A DNA stretch of 57,163 bases, filler included, from Candidatus Limnocylindrales bacterium (GTDB taxonomy: Bacteria; Moduliflexota; Moduliflexia; Moduliflexales; JAUQPW01), in the NCBI GenBank assembly GCA_035559535.1. It is 6 parts of 6 records of this genome, joined end to end, with 100 filler letters (N's around TTAATTAATTAA, not from the genome) between each part and the next. Parts side by side here need not be neighbours in the genome. Positions count along the whole stretch, not along the records: positions 14,797 to 27,268 come from DATMBG010000024.1; positions 27,369 to 33,045 come from DATMBG010000028.1; 4 more parts are not named here. One strand, 5' to 3'. The position numbers were made by a program, and so were the translations under genes. Under the pieces are notes generated by a model, which worked only from the letters and a program-made list of their open reading frames with translations, was not told where the DNA came from and ran no database searches. Shown here one piece after another: positions 21,327 through 30,146 of the stretch (positions are counted from its first letter, which is position 1; every line of letters begins with the position of its first letter).

Positions 21327-21488
21327 ATGAAAAAAGAGGAAGCGAATTTGTTAGGGTTTGAAGGAGAGGAGAAGCCGACAAAGAAACCTTATCATGCCCC
21401 TCAACTCACGGTATACGGTACCGTGGAGCAGATTACAAGATATTTGGAGGGTCCTCCAGTCGATCTAACTTTAGGCTACCTGCTGTAA
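21327..21488 (+). CDS. Lasso peptide precursor (A), 53 aa: MKKEEANLLGFEGEEKPTKKPYHAPQLTVYGTVEQITR-YLEGPPVDLTLGYLL
   Basis: AAGGAG RBS, leader YxxPxL (YHAPQL), Gly and Thr(-2), core Asp8; lies between the cyclase and kinase genes. Confidence 0.9.
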   Translation: MKKEEANLLGFEGEEKPTKKPYHAPQLTVYGTVEQITRYLEGPPVDLTLGYLL

Positions 21489-21706
21489 CTATAGAAGTAC
21501 AGGAATTTCGATATAGTTAATGGTTATCCCCTATTATAGAGAGTTGGTATGATAAAAGCTATTGTCTATTCACCGTATTGACTTCTCTTAAATTAAAGAC
21601 TGTGGTCTTTATGAGGCTAGGCGGTTTATTCAATCAGAAGGATACGAGAGCATAGAGAGGATTTACCATTTCTGCGGGTTGGTATAATTTCCCGGAGGAG
21701 AGGCGC

Positions 21707-22597
21707 ATGTTTTCTTATCTGGCATATGGTCTGACGGTCCACTCCACTTTGTCCTTACCGGAGCTTGTACCGGGTGAAGCGGAAGCAGATGTCATGGTTC
21801 GTCTGGAAAAGGTAGCATACGGTCTGCCGGAGCCGGTGGATGGAAGGAGTCATTTTTGGATGACCGATGAAGGGATTTATCTTTTCTATGAAGAGGCCGG
21901 AACGTTCCTGATACGAGGGGGGAGGGAAATTCTTATAGACCCGGTTCCAGGAGTGGAGGAGCGGGTTCTTCGGCTTTTCATCTTAGGACCGGCTCTGAGA
22001 GTACTACTCCATCAACGAGGACTTTTAGTGTTCCATGCCAGTGCTGTTTCGATGAACGGTGCTGCGATTGCTTTTCTAGGCGGGCCGGGTTGGGGTAAAT
22101 CTACTACGGTTGCTGCCCTGTATGCCCGAGGGCACGGGGTAGTGGCGGATGATATAACGGCCGTTGAGGTAGCTAAAGACCATCCCTTGGTATTTCCGGG
22201 TTTTCCACAACTCAAGCTTTGGCCGGAAGCAGTCACGGCTCTGGGAGAAGATCCGGGAATGCTATATTCCCTTCATCCTCATCTGGAAAAACGTGGTAAG
22301 CGGATTACAAAGGGGTTTTCCCCTCATCCCTTACCCCTGCGGTGTATCTATGTCCTGGCCGAAGGCCAGATTCCTGAGATCGAATCTATCCAACCTCAGG
22401 AAACCTTAATAGAACTGATACGCCATTTCTATGGGATTAAACTGCTTCGATCCTCAGAGGTCTCTTCTCACTTCCTGCGATGTGCCAGCCTTGCTAAAAA
22501 AGTAGCCATCCGTCGCTTGAAGAGGCCGCGTTCCCTTTCAAGTCTCTTCAATGTGGTACAGATGGTGGAGGAAGACCTTGTCCGGAATTTCCAATAA
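21707..22597 (+). CDS. HPr-kinase-like lasso peptide kinase (PadeK/ThcoK-like)
   Basis: FHASAV, Walker A GGPGWGKST, VVADD and PQLKLW; located in the lasso cluster. Confidence 0.85.
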   Translation: MFSYLAYGLTVHSTLSLPELVPGEAEADVMVRLEKVAYGLPEPVDGRSHFWMTDEGIYLFYEEAGTFLIRGGREILIDPVPGVEERVLRLFILGPALRVLLHQRGLLVFHASAVSMNGAAIAFLGGPGWGKSTTVAALYARGHGVVADDITAVEVAKDHPLVFPGFPQLKLWPEAVTALGEDPGMLYSLHPHLEKRGKRITKGFSPHPLPLRCIYVLAEGQIPEIESIQPQETLIELIRHFYGIKLLRSSEVSSHFLRCASLAKKVAIRRLKRPRSLSSLFNVVQMVEEDLVRNFQ

Positions 22598-23792
22598 AAT
22601 TTCAATATGGGGTATTCGCCCCGAAGTCGAACTACTCCTGGATTGTGCCAGGACCCATATGGATCCTGAAAGGGCCGAACGAATTAAGAGAATATCGCAG
22701 GAGGGGTTAGACTGGGATTACTTGCTCCGGACGGCGCTGTTGCACAGAACGACGCCGCTTTTGTACTGGCACCTTAACATCCTCTGCCCGGAAGTTGTTC
22801 CGAAAACTATTCTGGATCAACTACGAGACTTTTTTCATGGTAATGTCCGGCGTAATCTTTTCCTGACCGGAGAACTGCTTAAACTCTTGAGCCTGTTGGA
22901 GGTCCATAAAATTACTGCGATTCCCTACAAAGGACCGATTCTGGCTCTGTCTGCATATGGAAATCTTGCCTTTCGGCACTTCGATGATCTGGACATCTTA
23001 ATCCGCAAGCAGGATATCTTGAAGGCCAAGGATCTTTTAATTTCCCAGGGGTACCGGCCGAAATATCCTTTCTTTTCCACACGTGAAGAAGCTTATCTGG
23101 AATTCCATCGACAACTCCCCTTTACCCGGGACGATGGCATAGGGGTGGTAGAGTTACATACGGCAACTACCCAGAAATACCTCTCTTTCCCCGATCCGGA
23201 GTCCTTATGGAGTCGCCTTACTCCGGTATCTTTCCAGGGTACCCAGGTTCTGACGCTCTCTTCCGAGGATTTACTCCTTATTCTCTGTATACATGGGGCC
23301 AAACATTTATGGGAAAGGATAGGATGGATCTGTGATATTGCCGAACTGATTCGAACCCATCCCGACATAGACTGGGAATGGACACTGGAACAGGCCAGGA
23401 CCCTGGGTGGAGAGCGGGCCTTGTTGCTGGGCCTTTATTTAGCTACCGATCTTCTGGGCACTTCCCTTCCCCAGGAAATCTCTCAAAAGCTGTCCGATCC
23501 GGTGGTAAAAAATCTTGCCCGGCGGTTATCCAACAAACTTCTCCAGAAGTCAAACCCTCGACCTGGAATTTTCGAACCCTCCCTTTTCCAACCCCTTTAT
23601 CTCCAGATGCGGGAGCGTTTACAGGACAGGGTTCGATATGGTCTTTATCTTCCCTATCTTGCCATAACCCCGACCCGCGAAGACCATCAATTTCTACCCC
23701 TACCGGCATCTTTCTTTTTTCTTTATTATTTGATTCGGCCAATCCGACTGACCGGAAAGTACTTCTGGAGGCTCTTTCGGCGTCTTCTCTGA
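22578..23792 (+). CDS. Nucleotidyltransferase family protein (NTP_transf_5-like), lasso-associated
   Basis: PYKGP...YG...RHFDDLDILI and LCIHGAKHLWERIGWICDI motifs. TTG 22578 follows GGAGG (alternative ATG at 22551). Confidence 0.85.
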   Translation: MSGISNKISIWGIRPEVELLLDCARTHMDPERAERIKRISQEGLDWDYLLRTALLHRTTPLLYWHLNILCPEVVPKTILDQLRDFFHGNVRRNLFLTGELLKLLSLLEVHKITAIPYKGPILALSAYGNLAFRHFDDLDILIRKQDILKAKDLLISQGYRPKYPFFSTREEAYLEFHRQLPFTRDDGIGVVELHTATTQKYLSFPDPESLWSRLTPVSFQGTQVLTLSSEDLLLILCIHGAKHLWERIGWICDIAELIRTHPDIDWEWTLEQARTLGGERALLLGLYLATDLLGTSLPQEISQKLSDPVVKNLARRLSNKLLQKSNPRPGIFEPSLFQPLYLQMRERLQDRVRYGLYLPYLAITPTREDHQFLPLPASFFFLYYLIRPIRLTGKYFWRLFRRLL

Positions 23793-24156
23793 TCGGAGAA
23801 TCTACGAACTTGCAGATTTGATAAACGGTTTTCTATCCTATCGGGGGGCCTGGGTCAGAATCCTAACTGTTTTTTTACACCATTACTTTGTAAAGTTAGT
23901 TTTCATATACCTTCCTTAAAACTCTGTTAGGGATAATCTGTTTATAGCAAAATAGCTCCCCAACCCTATGTGTGAAGCTCCGTTAGGAACGGCCTGTCCA
24001 GGACAGATTCCAAACAGATTGCTCCTGGTGGAGCGTAGAGGTTGAGGAGAGGCATCAATAGAATTCGATACGAAATGACGCGCTACAGAATGATGATCTT
24101 GATTGAGTAAGGAAACAAATACGTTTTCAATCTGCCCTCCAATGAAGCCCGTAGTA

Positions 24157-25812
24157 TCACTTCCTGGCCAGAAACTTCTTTGCTTCTCGAAGCTCGGTCC
24201 TCTGACTGTCCGGACACCTGCAAACCTCCAGGAGTTTTGTATAGAATTCCCTGGCTTTTTCGTAATTCCCCGAAAGTTCGGCCGCCTTGGCTGCACCATA
24301 GAGGCCATGAAGACGGTTCGGGAAAGCTTTAAGGGAAGTTTCAAACTCGACCAGAGCCTGCGCAGGTTCCCGAGCCTCAACAAAGGAATCTTCCAGTAAG
24401 TCGGCACAGACCATGGCCTGGGCGGAACGGGCTGGTTCATAAAGCTCAAGGAGTAAATCTCCCAGGAGCTCCCGTGCGGGAAGGATAGGACCTGGAGTTA
24501 CACCGGGTTTTCCCAGGGAATCTTCAAGATCGGCAGCAGACCGCATCAGCTTTAAGGCCTCATCGTTCTTTCCTTCGGCATGGGCCAGAAGGGCAGCCGC
24601 GGCTCTGCGCTGAACTTCAACCTGATCGACCCAGTAGGTCTGCCGGGCTTCAAGGAGCTTTTCATGGATTGCCTGAAGCTTTTCAACAGCTTCACGAGCT
24701 TTGGCGGTGTCGCCCATCCGTGCAGATCCGATGGCCCGGGCAAAATAGGTTATGGCCTCCGCAGCCGGATAACGACCTGGGCGAGGCTCAAGGGAAGCCG
24801 CTTCAACCCAACGTCGGGTTTCAACGGTATAACGGGCCGGGATGGCTGCAGCAGCATAGGCCAAGGCCATATTCTCTCCAGGCTCCTGGACGGTATTTAG
24901 CTCCTCGAGGATCCGCCTGACCTCAGCATCCCTAGCCTGCTGCAGGTAAGCATAGGCTCCATAATCCAGGGCATGGAATTGTTCGAATATCAGGTTTTGA
25001 TCCTTTGCCGCAGCCGCAGACGCAAGACTGGACGCAATGGCTTCATCCCACAAGCCGAGTCGGATAAAAATATGGGACGGCATATGGAGGGCGTGGGGAA
25101 CTGAGGGGGCAATCTTTGCGTATCTCCGAGCCGCGGTAAGGGCCCGATCTGCCAGGGGTGGGAAATCATAAGCGTGGATGAGGTAATGGGCTGCCCCGGG
25201 ATGATTGGGCTCTTGGGCAAAAATTTTCTCCAGAAGCTCTCCAGCTTTCTTCTGATTCGTATAGGTTTTATCGGTTGGACTCGCCGTGGCAATAAGGGCA
25301 AGGGCATAAAAGGCCGTTGCTTCCCTGTCCTCCGGATAGTTTAGATGAACCTTTTCCATCGCCCTCTGATAAGCCAGGGCCCGTGTTCGGTGATCGAGCC
25401 GGTCGGCATCTTTATAAAACACCTCGACAGCCGAAATGTAATCCCGCTCCCGTTGGGTCTTTCCACCCAATGCTTTGGCTTTTTCGACGGCTTCCTGCCC
25501 TTTCTTCAAATCCGCCTCGCCGGGCGGCTCCCAAAGGGGATGATAGAAGCTCATGGCAATTCCCCAATAACCCATCCCACAATCTGGATCTTTCTCTGTA
25601 ACAGCCGCAAAAGCTTTACCTGCTTCTTCAAACCAAAAGGAATGAAGCAGGGCCACGGCACGCTCGAATTGCTTCTGAACCTCAGAATTACACGAAATGG
25701 GGAAGTGAACCTGTCCCAATTTCTCGGAGTTATCAACTTTTTCTTGGGCTATTACCGGGGAAGTACAAAGAGCTATCCCCAAGACTATCCCTAAAAACCA
25801 TTTTTCTTTCAT
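24157..25812 (-). CDS. Secreted TPR-like helical repeat protein
   Basis: Signal peptide, LGQVHFPISC, ALLHSFW, HPGAAHYLIHAYD and PHALHMPSHIF. Confidence 0.8.
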   Translation of the reverse strand: MKEKWFLGIVLGIALCTSPVIAQEKVDNSEKLGQVHFPISCNSEVQKQFERAVALLHSFWFEEAGKAFAAVTEKDPDCGMGYWGIAMSFYHPLWEPPGEADLKKGQEAVEKAKALGGKTQRERDYISAVEVFYKDADRLDHRTRALAYQRAMEKVHLNYPEDREATAFYALALIATASPTDKTYTNQKKAGELLEKIFAQEPNHPGAAHYLIHAYDFPPLADRALTAARRYAKIAPSVPHALHMPSHIFIRLGLWDEAIASSLASAAAAKDQNLIFEQFHALDYGAYAYLQQARDAEVRRILEELNTVQEPGENMALAYAAAAIPARYTVETRRWVEAASLEPRPGRYPAAEAITYFARAIGSARMGDTAKAREAVEKLQAIHEKLLEARQTYWVDQVEVQRRAAAALLAHAEGKNDEALKLMRSAADLEDSLGKPGVTPGPILPARELLGDLLLELYEPARSAQAMVCADLLEDSFVEAREPAQALVEFETSLKAFPNRLHGLYGAAKAAELSGNYEKAREFYTKLLEVCRCPDSQRTELREAKKFLARK

Positions 25813-25845
25813 GCGATCCTCCTATCTAAACCATGAATTCAAGGT

Positions 25846-26943
25846 TTAACGAAAATACTCTTTTACCTTATTTTCTATATAAGCTTTCATCTCTGCTTTA
25901 AATCGCTCTTTGCTAAATCGGAGGGCCTGCTCTCGGATTTTGGTTTTGTCAAAACTCATCTGATTAAATCGAATGATGGTCTGACAGAGGCTTTCCACAG
26001 TTGGCTCCTGAAAGAAAAGTCCAGTAACCCCCTCTATAACGGTTTCCAGTACACCGCCCCGGGCATAGGCTATAACGGGTCGTCCGGTGGCCTGAGCTTC
26101 GAGGGGCGTTAACCCCAGGTCTTCCTCCCCAGGAAAAATCAACGCCCGACACCTGCGGTAATAATCCCGGACTTCCTCATCGGAAAGACTACCCAAAAAC
26201 TCAATGGTAGTTCCGGCCAATCGTCTTAAAGCCTTCTCCTCCTGACCTTTACCAATGATCTTGAGGGGGAGTTTTAACCGATTGAAAGCCTCAATGGCGA
26301 GATCGATCCGCTTGTAGGGGGCAAAGGCGGAAACTATCAAGAAATAATCTCCATCCTGGGCACCGGGGGTATAAAACCCGGTATTCACAGGAGGATAAAT
26401 GACGTCACATTCTCGCCGATAGTACTTTCGTACCCGTCGGGCTACATGCTCGGAGATCGCAACAAAATAGTCTACCCGATTACTGGAAGCTACATCCCAG
26501 GTTCTGAGATAATTGAGAAAAAAGGGAATCATCCATTTTTGAAACCCCCGGATTTTTTCCCGACCAAAATAGTCCTGATAAAGGTCCCAGGCATATCGCA
26601 TGGGGGTTAAAATGTAACAAATGTGACAGGTGGCAGGTCTGGTTAAAATTCCTTTGGCCACGCAGTGGCTCAAACTAACCACCAGGTCATAATCCCTGAG
26701 GTCGAATTGCTCTATGGCTGTGGGAAACAAGGGAAGATATTGCCGGTATTTCTTGAAAACAAAGGGAAGCCTTTGAATAAAACTGGTATAAATACGCCTT
26801 CCTTCGATGGTAGAGGTCAGCTTTCCCTTCTCATAAAGTAAGGTATAGAGAACCGCCTGGGGGTAGATTTCACAGAGAGCCTCCAGGCATTTTTCTCCCC
26901 CTCGCATCCCGTTGAGCCAATCATGGGCAAAGGCAATTTTCAT
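25846..26943 (-). CDS. Glycosyltransferase family 4
   Basis: HDWL..MRGGEK, YKRIDL and the EDLGLTPLEAQATG (ExxGxxxxE) motif. Confidence 0.92.
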   Translation of the reverse strand: MKIAFAHDWLNGMRGGEKCLEALCEIYPQAVLYTLLYEKGKLTSTIEGRRIYTSFIQRLPFVFKKYRQYLPLFPTAIEQFDLRDYDLVVSLSHCVAKGILTRPATCHICYILTPMRYAWDLYQDYFGREKIRGFQKWMIPFFLNYLRTWDVASSNRVDYFVAISEHVARRVRKYYRRECDVIYPPVNTGFYTPGAQDGDYFLIVSAFAPYKRIDLAIEAFNRLKLPLKIIGKGQEEKALRRLAGTTIEFLGSLSDEEVRDYYRRCRALIFPGEEDLGLTPLEAQATGRPVIAYARGGVLETVIEGVTGLFFQEPTVESLCQTIIRFNQMSFDKTKIREQALRFSKERFKAEMKAYIENKVKEYFR

Positions 26944-27268
26944 GTTTTGGCAGTTATCCTTCATCCCCGCTTTCTTAAATTAACCATGGCAGGGCGACCT
27001 GTTGATAGTTTTTATTCTTATGCGGATAACAGGTTCTTCTTTCCCTCACCCCAGACCCCTCTCCCACGCTGCGAGAGAGGGGAACCGACAGATCTCCAGG
27101 CCAATTTCCCAAACCTTATCCTGGTACCTATGCCCCTACGTGAACAGGATTTAGTTTCCCCTGGTTTACGCCAGGGACTACCCACAGGTTGCCCCGCCGG
27201 GGCTAACCTTCTTATCCTGTCTTGGCGCGTAGGCCCTCACTCCCCCTCTCCTGTGTAGGGGCGGGAGG

Positions 27269-27368
27269 NNNNNNNNNNNNNNNNNNNNNNNNNNNNNNNN
27301 NNNNNNNNNNNNTTAATTAATTAANNNNNNNNNNNNNNNNNNNNNNNNNNNNNNNNNNNNNNNNNNNN
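27269..27368. other. Artificial contig linker
   Basis: N-run around TTAATTAATTAA. Confidence 0.97.
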
Positions 27369-27426
27369 AGGAAAGGCTTGCTCGTTGCGATAAACATTGG
27401 CTTCTTGTTGGTAGACCAGGGTGAAG
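27369..27426. repeat. 58-bp direct repeat, identical to 32988-33045
   Basis: AGGAAAGGCTTGCTCGTTGCG...CCAGGGTGAAG occurs at both ends of contig 3. Confidence 0.95.
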
Positions 27427-30011
27427 AAGGGAGCCGGTGGGGGGGTCCAGGGGGCCGTGACCAGATATTTGAGGTTAAGAAAGCTGAAGAATCGGTTCTC
27501 TACGTTGGGGACACTGAAACCGTTAAAGTAGCCTTCATAAGGACGAAATAACTTTTGTGAAAACTCAGTATATCGGCGATAGAACAGCGCATCAACGGCA
27601 CCAAAATCATCCAGTCCATAACCGCTGGCCGTACTGGGAAACAAGAACGTATCGAGACCGTAAACCCGGAAAATCCCAGGATCTTGTCGGATAAATTTTA
27701 TATGAGCTGGAGGGTCCTGATAGGGAATTAAATCCGATCTTTTATGATGGATTTTGGGCATCCAGATGAAAAGTTCCAGGATTAGAAGAAGACCGAAAAT
27801 AAAGGTAAGGGTTTTATCTGTGGGCAATAATAAGGATAAAGGAGAGGGAAAAGAGAAAGGGGGCGGGGTCGGAAAGGAGGCTTTCTTTTCTTCCTTCTTC
27901 CCTTCTCCCTCCCTTCCTTCAATCCCTCTTTCTTCGATCCTTTGTCTTACATATCGCAATTCCATCGTTACGCCCAGGAGTAAACAGAAAATGGCCGGGG
28001 GGCGGATTTGCCGGATGGCATAATCCAGTTTCTTGAGTTCCATCAGACGGGGATAATAAAGTGCCAGCAACCCTCCCAGGGAAACAAATCCAAGGACGGT
28101 AGAAAGAATTACATAGCGTAGACGGACCCGTCCTTCTCCCAGTCGCTGGAGAAATATTCCGGTCAAAGCGGCGGTGGAGAACATAAATTCTCCCGGAAAG
28201 TATCGGGTAAAAAAGCTAACACGAAATGCCGGGAGGTTTCCAACCCATTCGTTAAGGCTAGAGGAAAGACCATAACCCTTTAGTAAGAAAAAGAGGACCA
28301 TGGCTACAAAAAACAGGGATTTTCCCTGGAACGCAAATCCTTGCAGGCATAAAGCTGTTACGAACACGGCAACCAACAGGCCTATATATCCGGGAAAAAT
28401 CTGCCAATTTAAACCATCCCAGGCGTCATTAATGGGCCCCCAGAAATACGGTACCCACAATCCAAACAGATAGGAAGGAGATACCGTCAAGAGTCCTACT
28501 TTATGTTCGGTCCCATGGACTCCAATGTCTGCTAACTGAACAAATTCCAGAAAGGGAATCAAGGCAATCGCCGAAAGAAGAAATCCCAGGAGAACGGCTA
28601 CGGCAAAAAGAAATAACTGTTTATAAAAAAAGAAGGAGAATAGAGCAGAGTCCCTCTTCTTCACTTCTGTTATCCAGCGGAACAGGTAATAGACCGATCC
28701 ATAAAACAGAGCAAAAAAAGTAGCTTCGGGATGCCCGCCCAGAATAATAAGTCCGACGAAAACAGCCGTTAAAAGGAGGTTTCTTAACTTGGGTACCGCC
28801 AGCAGGAGTTCAGATGTGTAGAGAAGACCGGGCAGGAGAACCACCGCATTGATGTAAACCATGTTGAGGTTGAGGATGAGATGCCCCGAGAGCATAAAGG
28901 CTGCAGCCCCAAAGAAAGCCGGAGGCCTATCCAGGGAGAGGAATCTGCGGAAGAAAGCATAAGCCAGAAGACCTGCTGAGAGGATCCGGAGAATCATAAA
29001 GGTATCCCACATCTTATCGCTGGGGTTCAGGAAGAGGGGTAAATGAGGCGGAAAGAATACTGCCGTATGCATATGACCGTTTAAAGGAGATCCTAAAGCG
29101 GAGTGGGGATTCCACAGGGGAATCCAGCCGTTTTTATAGGCTTTAGAAGCAAATTGGGTATAGGGTTCATGCTGAAGGGCCGAAGCCGAAGGGTCAATGA
29201 CATGATGAGGCTTTGTAGGCGGCCCTCCGGTCAGGAGGCTGTAATCCAGGAAGAGAATATCGTAAAAAAAAACCAGAATCACCAGAGCAAATCCGATCAG
29301 GACCCCTGCTGTTGGGAGAGAGAAGGATTTAGCCCAGAGGCGAGGAAGTCTCCGTAAAAGTTCGTAGAAAACTTTCAAGAAGTCAGGGAGAGTCTTATAG
29401 GTTAATCCCACCCCGGACAGAACCATCAAAACCCAAAATACCCCCTGGATTCTCTTAAGCCTTTCATACTTCTCCACTTCAAGACTTATGGGAAATAAGT
29501 TCTCCGCCTTTAACTCGCTTAATGCCTTCTCCTTCTTTCCCCATTTCACTTCTATTTTCAGAAGTCCACCCCCCTGTACGTATTCCACCCGCACCGGATG
29601 TAAGCCCGGGTCTAAGGACACATCTCCCATCGCCTTCTGCAATCCCATCCCCCCAGCATTGTCCACCACCAATTGCTCCCTTATATATAATCTGGATCCA
29701 TCGTCCGATTCCAGCCTAAACTGATACTCCCCGGATTTCCTCACCTCTATATAACCTTCCCACCTTACACTGAATCGATTTACCCCTAACTCCTCTCTCC
29801 GCTCCTTCAACACGGCAGTAGATACTTCCGGGTCTAACTTAACCAGAGCCGGTGGACCCTGCCAGGATAAATTGGAATAGTACCGACCCTGTAACCCATG
29901 GAAAGGGGCTTCTTTCCCGATCGACAGGTAACCCCCCAAAGCGATTACAAACAAAATGAGAAAAAGAATTTTTTGATTCTTAATCCAATGTGTTTTGTAG
30001 AAGAATCCCAC
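27369..30011 (-). CDS. PA14-domain YfhO-like (GT-C) membrane glycosyltransferase, 3'-truncated at the contig end
   Basis: PA14 motif FSVRWEGY...SDDGSRL, PLWNPHSALGSP, GGHPE and many TM helices. Confidence 0.8.
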
Positions 30012-30146
30012 GATGGCTTTGTGCCCTCTACGACTTCCCCTCCATTACCCAGACAGGCTTTACGATCTCTGAGGTTAAGAGATAAGCCAGACAGGATGAT
30101 GGAAAGACATAGAAGCTATCGAAATAATTCCAGAACAATCGTTCTC

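Noticed and set aside
23916-24449. 177-aa minus-strand ORF
   Set aside because: It overlaps the TPR-like gene in another frame and has no motifs; likely spurious.
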